The notes beneath the pieces were generated by a model. That model saw nothing but the letters and a program-made list of their open reading frames with translations, searched no databases and was not told the DNA's origin. Of a stretch of 64,000 bases of DNA, positions 25,160 to 36,958 are shown one piece after another. The translations under genes and the position numbers were made by a program. How positions within the stretch are numbered: position 1 is the stretch's first letter; each line of letters opens with the position of its first letter. Source of the stretch: Botryllus schlosseri (lineage: Eukaryota). The DNA is taken from assembly GCA_051294905.1 (NCBI GenBank), contig CM119371.1, forward strand, positions 9,052,001 through 9,116,000, in the 5' to 3' direction.

Positions 25160-25300
25160 CCTTGTTCCTCGTATTGGTGAAATGGTGCGGACTCAGAAAA
25201 GTGGGAATGACAGCTAGTTTCCTTTTTAGCCTGTCGTTGTTCGCTGCGTCCCAGAGCAGCAGCATCATTATGTTCGTGATATTCTGTGGAGCTTGCACAG
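25160..25300 (+). CDS. SLC16: SLC16/MCT-like, coding exon 2
   Basis: Acceptor TTCACAG after a 69-nt intron; SLFLVLVKWCGLRKVGMTASFLFSLSLFAASQSSSIIMFVIFCGACTG; donor ACAG|GTAGGC; phase 1-1. Confidence 0.9.
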
Positions 25301-25667
25301 GTAGGCATGTATGAGGCATGTGGTAATCTAAATGCATTATTTTTTACTTCTACACAGTTTTGTCTCAATTCTACACATCTTATTTCTTGAATTATGGGCA
25401 TCGAGCTTAATGATTAAAAAACAGGGAAATTAGGCAGATGAATCACAATCAAATATTCAGCACTCTGTTATTTCATCGGTTTGCTGCTTGCGGCTCATGT
25501 TGATGGTATATTTTTCCATGCAGCCTCGACATGTTAAGTACGCCATTGTGGGGGACAAGTTTGACTGTCAGCTTTTTGAGATCGGCCGTTAGTTATATTC
25601 ATTGCGAAGCTCAAAAGAATTCCGATGACTAGTCTCTGAGATATACGAATGACACAATACGGTAAAT

Positions 25668-27287
25668 CGGGGGTCACCAACCTGGTGCCCGCGGGCACCA
25701 GTGAGCTTTTAAATGTATAAATTGAGTGATTTATCTATTGTTGTTTAAATCACACTATAACATGTGACTTGGAAATGACAACATATATATATAAACCACC
25801 TGAAATGATGATATCAAATATACCCAATTACAATTAGTAATATACCAACATGTAGTAGATATCGAAGACATATCATAGGCCAAAGGCGTACTGCTCACAC
25901 AAGCGATATGACGGCATGCCATCCACGGTCTTCTTGAAAGGGTGGGGGGTTCCGTTATGGTAGCTCGACGTCCCGCACAATGACAAAGTAGTAAACAACA
26001 TTACTATCCAGTAGCAAATGGCGGTGACGTAGGCTACTAGCAGATGCAGTATGCCCAATGTGTATTGCATCTTTTGACACAGCTTGTCTCTCTTACACTC
26101 AACGCAATTTAAAGTACCATGTTTCTAACTTTCTGTAATCGATGCTGCTGTCAGGTATAATGAAATCTGTCGTCATGTCTAGATGCTGAACAATTAGAGA
26201 TTGAAATTGTACCACTGCAAAATCACCTCCACCTCAAAGCCCACAAGGCTGCAGCAAACTTGTGGTGCCTTGTTGACACGGAAAAGTACAGTGGTGAATG
26301 CGCAATTTCGCAGCAGCTATGAAGGTTGCAAGCGTGTTTGGTTCAACTTATCGTTGTGAATCAGCCTTTGCGGACACGACATTCATCAAATAACAAACAC
26401 AGAACACGCCTCACTAATGCACATCTGGAACACTCACTCAGAGTTGCAGTGTAAGTTACATATCAGAGTACAGCGCACTAGTTGGTAGCATGCAATGTCA
26501 GGCCTCTAGTGCGGAGCATGAACCGGAGCCGGATTGGATATCCGGTCGGATTTTTTCAATTTTGGCCGGACCGGATCGGAGCCGGATCACTACTTTTTTG
26601 GTTACGTCGGGAGCGGGATTGGAGCCGGATCACTACATTTTTAATACGGCCAGGATCTTTGTGGATACGCATGACTTTTATACCGAAATAACTACCAACC
26701 AGCCACACACAAGTAACCGCCAAGCCAGTGCGAATATAAACGAGGCTTATTTATAAATTCACGGAACCCCCGTACCGCGTAGGGCTGGATTTCTGGCCGG
26801 ACTTTTTAATTTTTGGCCGGGCCGGATAGGAGCCGGATCAGTACTTTTTCCTTATACGGCCGGAGTCGGATCGGAGCCGGACCAGAGAATTGAACAACCG
26901 GATCGGAGCCGGACCAGAGAATTTGTCGATCCGCTCCGCACTACAGGCCTCCCACTGACTGGTTTAGAAACAGATAAGACGATGTCCAGTCTAACGTGTG
27001 ACGAGATTTATTTCAAAATCTCAGCTTACAACTGTTATATAATTTATATAAACACGGTGCTAAGCAATTCGTGATAGTCTTAGTGACTAGCTGGTTGAAA
27101 TGAGATATTTTGATATAAAAGAATATCTTAGAAGTCTTACCGCTATACGATACCTGCCCAATGCTATGAATATCAAAGCGGAAATTGTGTCTGGCACGGG
27201 TAAACGGCGGGAGTAAATGGTAGATCGTCGCTTCAATCAGTACCCAAAAGTAGCCCTTGCTGGTTGCAAAAAGGTTGGCGACCCCTG
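25668..27287 (+). mobile_element. Internally deleted Buster/Charlie (SPIN/GTF2IRD2-like) hAT transposon retaining the transposase C-terminal dimerisation domain
   Basis: TIRs CGGGGGTCACCAACC / GGTTGGCGACCCCTG; perfect TSD CGGTAAAT. Plus strand 26230-26960 reads, with frameshifts, FGSTYRCESAF...RTRLTNAHLEHSLRVAV...SMQCQASH*. Confidence 0.88.
26507..26943. mobile_element. hAT MITE with CCGGATCGGAGCCGGA repeats, nested in the last codons of the Charlie transposase
   Basis: TIR TAGTGCGGAGC / GCTCCGCACTA; perfect TSD CAGGCCTC. Confidence 0.93.
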
Positions 27288-27886
27288 CGGTAAATTGCCA
27301 TATTCATAAAAAATATGCGTTTAAAAAGACACTAACTAGAGCACTACATATGCTGTGACTGGCGCAATTCGTTCCTGAAAGCAAGAAGCTCGCATCTGTC
27401 GCTAAATGTAACGGTTTGTCCAATCTAATGTGCAACTTTAATTCTCACGGCCCCGCCACAGGATCCCACCAGAGAGAGACAGAGTTAATTAAAACGCACA
27501 TAAGGATGGTAAATCGAGCTTAACTTTACTACTATAATACGAATGTTATCGCGTATTCGATAATAGGCTGAGCAATTCCTGCTTGGTTATGGTCTCTTCC
27601 CTGCGACACTTTGGTAGGCTACTTAGCAAAACTGCAAACACTAGCCCCGATTAAAGCTGTTAACCTAAACCGCTTTATGTTGATAAATCTTTGTCGGTAC
27701 GTGTCAAATCAACGTCTTGATTAGATTAAACGGTGAATCTGACAACCTAGCGACAAAACACCCAGTCGATTCGATTCGTATCCGTCGGAAATATTACGAT
27801 AATCTTATTTAATTCCAAGTAGAAGAGTTGATACAGATACGACTATATTAATCGCTTGATAACCACCTCACATATACTCTTCACAG

Positions 27887-28112
27887 GCTTCTGCAACGGG
27901 ATAGCTGTTAATCTGGTGTTTCTAACTATATCAGTCTACTTCAAAAATCATCGTTCTAAAGCAGCAGGCTTGATTACGTCCGCGGTATCCGTAGGCGTTC
28001 TAGTGGGAGCGCCAGCAATGTCCGCGCTGATCGGGGAATTCGGATGGCGCGGTGCGATGCTTATCACGTCGGCTATGACCTTACACGCGTGCGTTGGGAT
28101 CGCGTTATACAG
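27887..28112 (+). CDS. SLC16: SLC16/MCT-like, coding exon 3
   Basis: Acceptor CTTCACAG; GFCNGIAVNL...YFKNHRSKAAG...GEFGWRGAMLITSAMTLHACVGIALYR contains MCT YF.K.R..A.G and GWRGA motifs; donor AG|GTACAA; phase 1-2. Confidence 0.95.
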
Positions 28113-28402
28113 GTACAAATCAAATTATTTGTTCTTTTCCTGAAAGTGAATCGACGTTACTACTAATTATAACCATTAGGAAAAATATTTCCACACTTAA
28201 TAGTAATAGAGATACTAATATGTATAATTATATTTATGTGGTTGTGCAAACCGTCGGTCGTGCTGCAGATCGCCACACAAAATGGCGCACACGGCAACAC
28301 AGACATATTTAGAGCTGGTATTTACTAGTAGGCCAATGTATGGCCATGCATTCTAAAATTTACCTTTATATTCGTATTTCTTATCATAAACTTGCCTTGC
28401 AG

Positions 28403-28592
28403 ACCAGTTATCATTGAAAAGCCAGAGAAATCAAGCGACAAAGTCATTGAAATCAGACAAGACATTGAAACGCATGTGAAGAAGCCACGGAAATTTCCTG
28501 CCCGACTTCGGTCAATATTTGACTATACATTGTTTTCCCGATTAGTATACCTTCTCACATATGCGTCCAGCATGGGATACTGGGGATCAATG
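28403..28592 (+). CDS. SLC16: SLC16/MCT-like, coding exon 4 (central loop and TM7 start)
   Basis: Acceptor CCTTGCAG; completes the conserved LYRP; IFDYTLF motif; donor ATG|GTAAGT; phase 2-0. Confidence 0.9.
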
Positions 28593-28628
28593 GTAAGTAA
28601 CTGAAAGGTATTTTTCCACAAATAACCG

Positions 28629-31160
28629 CACTGGTAAACACAATTTTTGTTGACTTCACACAATTGATTTCGATTACCTTCTGGACGCCGAATTAAAAAA
28701 ACGACTACCTATTTTCTCTATCACGTCACGTTTTTGGGGTAGGCACCCACCCCATTGTCTCATATTCCACATAAAGTAATATTTTTATTTTTTGTGTTTA
28801 TTGTATGAAATGTTTCAAAAACCACAAGTAGTCCAAAGTAAATCAAGAGACTCCAGATCCACATTTGCACTGCTTTATTTGGTTGATTTAAACTGATCTT
28901 GCTTCTGCAGGACAAATAAAGTGCGAGTTTCAGGGATTTAATTTACGCTAATAAATCATAACTCTGTGGGTTGTCTCGTTTGATATTCGAGGAATAGTCA
29001 GCATACACATGAAAGGTCCAACCTACTCTGTTATCCTACCCCCATCATCTTCAGATTTTAAGGGATGCTTTCTCCTTGCCCGTCGCTGACTATGCCAAGG
29101 TTTTCCGGGAAATTATTTAGATAGTTAAGCTTTTTTAAATGTCTACTGTCCGACATTAACACATGGCGGTGGCACATGTGCATCAGCGTTACATGTACCT
29201 TCTTATTGTCTGGTCACTAATATAATACAACATTTCAAAGCTGACACATATGATCCAAACCCAATCTGGCTTGTGATATTGCAAAAATTCAATGTATCTG
29301 TATTATTCTCAATGATTCTGTATTATTCACGAATACTAACTGAGTATGCATGCAATTGTTACAGCACCAAAGACGCTGTCATTTTGGAGAATGTCACAAT
29401 TTAGCATCCTTTTTAAGCTACCAATAGACATTTGCCATTCACTTGAGTTGTAAATCAGGATTCCTATCTGCTCCAGCAACCCATGGTTACAGTATTATGC
29501 CAATGCCAGTGTCACGGCAATACACAAATCTACCGAAAGTAGCCCTATGATGAACACCCCCTTTCTCAAGATCGAAAGTGAGATATCGTCGCTCTCTTGT
29601 CAAGTAATGTTTTCTCAATTCGCGAGGAGGGTTAAAGTTCCAAATATTTCTCTTCCAAGTCCCAAAGCCTATGTCAGATCATTTAACTTGTGTTGATAGA
29701 CTACTCTACCTTCTGAATCATCTTCGATTTCAAAATATTCATCATTAGGCCTGACATCCCTAAGATCTTTCATATTTATCCAAATTATCGAGCTTATAGG
29801 CGTTTCAAGTTACACTCGATAAGCTGAATGGGGCATTGGACCTATAGCTGGTAGTAAATGTAATGTTTAATTCTCTCGCCATACCACACACATATTTGAT
29901 GCAAACTGCGGGATATGGCAAGAAAAATAAACATGACATTTACTATTAGCTATAGGTTCAATGCCCCATTCAGCTTATCCAGTGCAACCTGAAACTGCTA
30001 TACGCTCGATAATTTGGATCAAGATTAAGATCTTAGTAATAGCAGGACAAATGATGAAGATTTTGAAATCGAAGTAGATTCAGAACGTAGAGTAGTCCAT
30101 CAACACGAGTTATCGATCTGACATACGCATTGGGACTTGGAATAGAAATCTTCGCAACTTTTAACGTCCTTATGAATAGAAAAAAGATTACTTGGCAAGG
30201 TAGAGAAGGAATCTCACTTTCGATCAGGAGAAACAGCCTTTTCTTCGTAGGCCTGCTTTCGGTAGCTTTGTGTATTGCGGTGATACTGTCATTGGCATGA
30301 TACCGTTACCATGGATTACTGGAGGAGTTAGAAATCCCGATTTACAAGTCAAGTGAATGGCAAATGCCTATCGGTAGCTCAAAAAGGATCCTAAAGTGTG
30401 CCATTCTTCAAAAGGGAAAAGTCTTAGGTGCAGTAACAATTGCACTCTCAGTTAGTCTTCCTAAATGATACAGAAGCATTAAGAGTAATAAAGTAACATT
30501 GAGTTACTGCAATATCACGAGCACGATCGGATCATATGTGTCGGCTTTGAAATATTGTGTTTTCTAGTGGTCAGACAGTAAGGTTGCACATGTAAGCCTG
30601 GTACACATGTATCACTGCCACATGTTTATGTCGGACAGCAGACATTGAAAAAAGCTAAAATATCTAAATAATTTTCCTAAAAACATTGACATAGTCGGAG
30701 ATGTACAAGGAGAAAATGTTGCCCAACATCTGAAGATGGTGCGGGTAAGATACCATAGTGGATTGGAGCTTACATATGTCAGCTGACTATTGCTCGAGTA
30801 TCAAACAGGACAACCTACAGAACTATAGGTTATTAGCGTTAATTTGAACCCTGAAACTCGCACTTTATTTGCCTTGTAGAAGCAATATCAGTTTAAATCA
30901 ACCAAATAAAGCAGTGCAAATGTTTACTTGAAGTCTATTGATTTACTTTCGACTGCTTGTGGTTTTTGAAACGTTTTATACAATAAACACAAAATATTAA
31001 ATATAGTGCTATTATGTGGGTCATGAGACAATGTGGTGGGTGCCTAACCTAAAAAATTGACGTGATAGAGAAAAACGGAAGTCATTTTTGAATTCAGCGC
31101 CCAAACGTTAGTCAAAATCAATTGTGGGATCAAAGTCAACAAAAATAGTGTTGACCAGTG
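28629..31160. mobile_element. 2.5-kb palindrome made of two head-to-head, internally deleted Chapaev3 (CMC superfamily) 3' halves
   Basis: Arm 28629-29883 is the diverged reverse complement of 29914-31160. Termini CACTGGTAAACAC / GTGTTGACCAGTG. Decayed translations QHKLNDLT, EWQMSIGSLKRML, WIICV, NNFPENLGIVSDGQGE match Chapaev3 transposase motifs (QSELNDL, EWRLFIDSSKRSLK, FFPENLGAVSDEQGE). Confidence 0.85.
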
Positions 31161-31741
31161 TTATCGACTCAACATCAGCCAGCACTAACATGAAAATTCG
31201 AACTCATCCACTATCCGATATTTGAATGTTGATTGAGCTATATGAAATTCATAAACCACACTCATATAAAACTCCATTTTAATTCAGCAAGTCCGAGGTC
31301 CGCATTTTAGAATCGCTGCTCGGTATAACTTGAACTGATATTGCGTCCAACTAGTCTAAAAATCGGCAGCCAAGATGCAAAACTAAACAACTATTTCAAA
31401 GTTTGGATCCATCACGCTCATTTTTGCCACATGAATAGTACACATGTAACAATAATGCTTTCAGATTGTGAATCTATAAATTGGATTTTTATTGCTAGCA
31501 GTGAGATATAATAAAATCGCGTTTGCACGCATTAATTTTGAAGTCACCAATTTCTGGTGACTTTACTTTCAATACATATATCGGATAAGGGCTTAGACCT
31601 CGGCACGCCTACTCTACGCCGTGTGATCCGTGTAATCCTGTGGCTCTCAAACTGGGGGCAGGCCAAAATAAACTGCATTTATCTCGGCCGCCTCCAGATT
31701 TGTCATTCATATGCAATAACTAAATCTACTTCTTCTTTAAG

Positions 31742-31893
31742 GTGGGCATCTCATTTCTTATCATTCCGTTAGGAATGGAATCTTTGGGATTGGATCGGAC
31801 GGCCGCGTCCGTGTTGCTGACGGTGCAGTCATGCGGTGATCTGTCTGGAAGAGTCATGAGTGGAATGATAGGGGATTGTAGAGGGCTCAGCAG
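31742..31893 (+). CDS. SLC16: SLC16/MCT-like, coding exon 5 (TM8)
   Basis: Acceptor TTCTTTAAG; VGISFLIIPLGMESLG...SCGDLSGRVMSGMIGD; donor AG|GTACCA; phase 0-2. Confidence 0.9.
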
Positions 31894-32209
31894 GTACCAC
31901 TTTTCGTTTACCGAGTCGGACCGACCTACGCAGCAAGTATCTATCGGTGTGATCCATGCTTATGGTTATCAGTCTTATGTAAAGCAGCGATGCTCCAATT
32001 TCTATTTGAAGGGGCTGGCAAAATTGGGTACCCTAGTCCTAGTGATTCCATTCCAAATCGAGAATTATACGTCGACTGCCGTCTAGTATTCGATACGTCG
32101 AAGCTCAATTATGCGCCGTTTAGAACAGACGACCACAAGAAATTAATGACAGATACACCCAATTGAAGATAGTTTGGTGCCTTTAACCATGACTATATCA
32201 TGCTCTGGA

Positions 32210-32710
32210 TAGGGCTGGACAAAATCGAGTACCTGAGTGATTCGATTCTGAATCATGTAATATGCTTCGAGTCGAGTCTAGTAATCGAGTATCACTCATT
32301 ATGAAGTCATAAAATTATAATATGTCAAAGTACAAATATGTACCTTTAATACGACGACAAAGAATATAATGTCTGTTATCCATCACATTGAAGATACTTT
32401 GGTATTTTTTCGACCATACCGATTTCATAGCACTTGGTAACAATGCTGTGGGTTGATCATGACTTCGGAAATGTGCTATTTCCAGAAACTTTTGTACTTT
32501 GTACTATATGTTTCGTATGCTACGATACGGCCAATCCAGGTTTCAACTCTGAAAATTAGTATCGAAACTATATTTCTCTTGATAAATTAACTTTCAGCGA
32601 GGAGCGTATAATTTCAGTATTCGAAAAAAATGGTATATTACTACTCGACTCGAATCATTAAAATTAAAACTCGATTCAGATTCGAGTACTCGCGTCATTG
32701 TGCCCAGCTC
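32210..32710. mobile_element. hAT MITE family E, copy 2
   Basis: TAGGGCTGGACAAAATCGAGTAC left end; ACTCG...GTGCCCAGCTC right end; TCGAGT/TCGAAT subterminal repeats. Confidence 0.7.
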
Positions 32711-33243
32711 GGGGTTAATCAGTACTTTCAAAATGTATTTTTTTTTCTGAACGTATGCAGATTTATAATTCATATTCTTTACGCTGCGATACGGCCGATC
32801 GGATTTCTAGGCTTCAACATGGGCAGCGACTGAGCGGCAAACATCATTTTTCACTACTCGACTCAATCCTTCCAAATATTACTAAATTATGATTCATGTC
32901 ATCGAAATCATTGAACGACTTGTGAATTATTACAGGGTAGCATACGCATGCTTGTCTACCGAGACCGATAGCCCGCGCCTCTTCATTGCGGTAGATGCTA
33001 CTATACCAATCCCGATAAAAGTTTGATGAAAGTACGGTGCTTAGTATGAGGTGTACGCAGGACCAAAACAGCACTTCGACACCCCCTCCCCGAGCACCTT
33101 GGTCTTGGACCCCCGATAGGGTGGTGAACCAAACATATGGGGTACTTTGTCTTCAGACCCCGTTATCATTTTATACCTTTTTACCGCTATTTATCAACGA
33201 TATTTATTGTGCTATTTAGTGAGTAAGCTTCTATCGCCTAAAC

Positions 33244-33660
33244 CAGGGGTGGGCAAACTTTTAAGCTCGCGGGCCGCATTCAACAATTGAATCCATTCGC
33301 GGCCCGCACTATGTAAAATTGGGATTATAAACCAAAACGCAATATTGATATTTGATTATATAGTGAGGACATGGAGATAATATATATGCTTTTTGTACGC
33401 TTCTACTATGTGCAGATAAAACATGAATACCATAATTTCTACGAATCTACCTAAGACACGCGCGAATCGTTTTTTATAAGCACATCACTGAAATAATTAA
33501 AACACGATTTCAAGTTGATATTTCTGCACTGCCAAATAATTTTTCTGCTGGATGGCATATGTCTTGTGGGGTTCAGATTGCCAGGACGGGATGGACCTGA
33601 AACTTGATATGTCTTGGCGTGTCGTGGCGCGGTTTTGTCAGACACCAAAACTCCCTTATC
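33244..33660. mobile_element. Partial Charlie-type MITE related to 16472-17317 (inverted)
   Basis: CAGGGGTGGGCAAACTTTTAAGCTCGCGGGCCGCATTCAACA is the near reverse complement of 17270-17317; the other end was not found. Confidence 0.65.
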
Positions 33661-33978
33661 TAATAAATGTGTATTTTTTCTTGGGGGAAGGGCTCCCAAT
33701 AATCAAGATATTTGACACCACTAAATCGCCGTATATAATTTATGCTAATTCACGCAATAATTTTGGGCCCTCTTCGAGCTCTCCCCCCCCCCGGCAGCTA
33801 CGGTTATGGATCTACCTATAGGCTTTTCCCATGTATATTCCAAAATACCTGGCTGATACATTATAAATTTATAATCAATAGTGAACATTCGTTGATATTC
33901 CTGCTAAACTCGTTTTCAAAGTAAGTCAATTCAGCTCTATCCATTTTGTCACACTCTAAATTCGTTTCGATATTATAG

Positions 33979-34220
33979 GGCATTATTCCTGGGGACGATG
34001 ACTGCACTGGGTGCCTTGACAACTTACGCAATCACTTTCACCCAATCCTTCACATTAACTTGCGTAACAGCGTTCGTGCTTGGCATGACGTACGCACCGT
34101 ACGGGAGTTTGTACGTGGTTCTGTACACCGAAGTGTTCGGAGTCGGACAGATGACGAACGCAATCAGTTACGAAGGATTTTTCAGCACGCTGCTGACTCT
34201 ACCTGTGACTTACATTCTCG
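33979..34220 (+). CDS. SLC16: SLC16/MCT-like, coding exon 6
   Basis: Acceptor TATTATAG; RALFLGTMTALGAL...YTEVFGVGQMTNAISYEGFF; donor CTCG|GTAACC; phase 2-1. Confidence 0.92.
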
Positions 34221-34286
34221 GTAACCGACCGCATGATTTTATTTAGTGATTTTTAGGTGTTAAACCATCGTACGTTCTTCTGGCAG

Positions 34287-34426
34287 GTTTGCTAATTGAC
34301 ACCACTGGGGAAGTGCGGTTTGCATATTACGTGTGCGGTGGTCTTATGTTTTTCACATCCGCTTGCGTGTTTGGCATATATATTCATCAATGGACGTCTG
34401 ATCGATCTGAATCCATACCTAGATAA
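34287..34426 (+). CDS. SLC16: SLC16/MCT-like, coding exon 7 (TM12, stop); total CDS 1296 nt, 431 aa
   Basis: Acceptor CTTCTGGCAG after a 66-nt intron; GLLIDTTGEVRFAYYVCGG matches MCT G.L.D.TG.Y; TAA at 34424-34426. Confidence 0.9.
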
Positions 34427-35454
34427 GGTAATAAAGGCTGCCGAAAATGCTGATCAAGAAAGTTATAGTACGAAAGTATATATACAGTACAGACTACACC
34501 ACATCTTATACGAATTTTTTTGTTCAAAATTTCCATTACAGACATTCGACCGGCTTGTTCACGTCAATTGGCGGTACACCGGGTACAGGCATACTCGTGG
34601 GAGTAGGCGTACCAGAAAGAAGGCTTATTTTATATTCATTAAAACCACAAGAATGTGACCGGAGAGATTTCCATTTCAAAGTGTCCTGGTGGTGCATACG
34701 GTGGATGGATCTTCCGTTTAATAAAATATGTATTTGTAATTGGTTTTGCATTCATTTATTGTGATTCGTCTCATTTTCTTTTCCACGGCGAGTATCGAAG
34801 AGACTCAGCCGTTGGTGAGTAACGATGAGGCCTTACTGGATGCACACGCGTCTGGATGATTCATAGTGCAATTTAAAATCTGCTGTCTACATATGAATGC
34901 TAAAAATTTGAAATTTATATCAAAGGACTTTCAGATAAGATAACTGTTGATTTCTAATTGAAATAGATATTAGGATTTTTGTTTCATTGACATTTTGTGT
35001 AACATATCGGGCTCACATTAGTAAGTTAATTTCAAATTCCGTGAATATTAATTTTAATACTACCTTTTACAGATTTTAGACAGCGCCATATCTGGATTTA
35101 AGTATGGAAATATTATGAAATCAAGTCTAGATTAGCACTTGGAATCAGAACCTAAATTTTGCACAATATTTGGATTTGAAATTATAATAAATATACGATC
35201 ATCGATGATATTCAGTTTCACATCTGCAAATATCAGTGAAACGGGCTAGTGGTGAGAGTAGAACTGAGTGACTGGCCGGAATGAGTTACCTCGCTTCATT
35301 CGAAATCCGAGTTCACAAATTGACAGCAAAACGAGATCACTCGAGTCATGCCCGTATTAGCAATGACAGTCGCAATTACGATAGTTGTTTACAGCAGTGT
35401 TTGCAATACTTGGAATGGTTATGCTTTTGCCACGGACGATCGAACAAGCCCGTC

Positions 35455-36615
35455 GGCCATTGCAGGCTATGGTACGATTGTAAATTGTTCAATTCTCCGA
35501 CATGACATTAGAATGGGTAAAATTTTATTGAAGGATAGAATGCAGTGCGTATCTGTGGATGGTGTCCGTTCGTTAGAGATTAAAATCGAATCAGGATTAC
35601 CACAGGGTTCTGTTCTGGGCTCACTGCTTTATCCAATGCAAACGAAGCCAGTCGGATATATTCGCCATCACCATGGTTTCTTCCACCATTGCTACGCGGA
35701 TGATACCCAGGTATACGGTCTCATGAGAAATAGCAATGATTGGGAGACCGTGTCATACAAGTTATAGCGATTTCTTATCGATATTGAGCTCTGTATGACA
35801 CAAAATCGTTTTAAGTTAATCAAAGAGAAAACTGAACTCATCATTTTCAATCCAACCAAACGCCCCATCGACCACAAATCAATTCACCATCAGATTCGTA
35901 CCTCAAACCATCCAAGCCTAGACCTGTGTACCTACGTAACCTATGTATTCACTTTGAAGACATGCTCCCAATGGAAAAACATATTGACTATACATCAAAG
36001 ATCTGAGTTCATGTATATCCACAAGATCAGTCGAATCAGGAATTACCTATCTGAGGATGCATGCAAAGACACAATACGGTCGCTGGTGATATCACAGCTT
36101 GACTAAGGAAACGCTCTGCTTTACGGGTAAAACCAAAATTGCATCGACAAGCTACAAAAGATCCAAAACATCGCTGCTCGTTTGGTAACTCGGTCAAGGA
36201 AGTGTGTTCACGTACCGCCCATTCTTAGAACCCTTCGTTGGTTACCCGTGGAATTTAAGTCTGAATACAAGCTTCTTCTGTTCGTCTTCAAATGCATGGA
36301 GGGAAGTGCACAAGCGTATTTTCGTGAGCTAGTGACAATGTACAATCCAGGAAGAGCGTTGCGTTCTCAGTCGCAAAAACTCTTGTCAGTTCCTATAGTC
36401 AGAACACCGACCTACAGCGAGAGAACCTATTCTTCCTCGGCCGCCATTCTGTGGAACAATCTTCAATTTTCTATGAGACTATGTGACTCGCTATATGTTT
36501 TCAAACGCAAAATCAAGACCATCACACGAGCGTTCGAACTAGAGTAGTGTTCATTCCGTCCTACAACCATGCACCTTTATATTTTATTGCCTTTTATGTA
36601 CAGCGCCCTAGTGTA
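35455..36615 (+). mobile_element. 5'-truncated L2-clade LINE (RT C-half and C-terminal domain), frameshifted
   Basis: GLPQGSVLGSLLY...HCYADDTQVY, ISRIRNYLSEDACK, RWLPVEFK..YKLLLFVFK, YNPGRALRS, LWNNL; 3' end TGTACAGCGCCC typical of L2. Confidence 0.9.
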
Positions 36616-36958
36616 GTAATTAGGGATGGTGTGAACGTGAGGTTCACGTTCGCGTTCTGTGTGTAAACCTCCGATATTTAGAGGTTCGCGTTCACAAACG
36701 AACCTCGGTAGGTTCTGCACTGTGAACGTTTTTCATATGTTACGATTTTCACTTCATCATAACATCTTTGGTTGAAATTTATTGCATTTCAACTGCGGGC
36801 AATTCTATGCATGGCGTTGGCAGCATAAAAAAATCAACACTAAACGAGCATACACCTTGACCACTTCAAAAATTTTACTTGCTTTGTTGCAAAGTTTGCT
36901 CGAAATATCCAGCTTTCCGTTTGTGAATATTTAGTGACTCTCTGCTGTGAGCTTGACG

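Noticed and set aside
26507-26943. Regularly spaced CCGGATCGGAGCCGG repeats resembling a CRISPR array
   Set aside because: Eukaryotic context, irregular spacing, and they lie inside a TIR/TSD-bounded MITE as subterminal repeats.
34770-34860. Possible alternative MCT C-terminal exon (IEETQPLVSNDEALLDAHASG*) after the donor-like AAG|GTAATA at 34427
   Set aside because: The upstream frame already stops at 34424-34426 and the only nearby AG acceptor gives the wrong phase; more likely 3' UTR.
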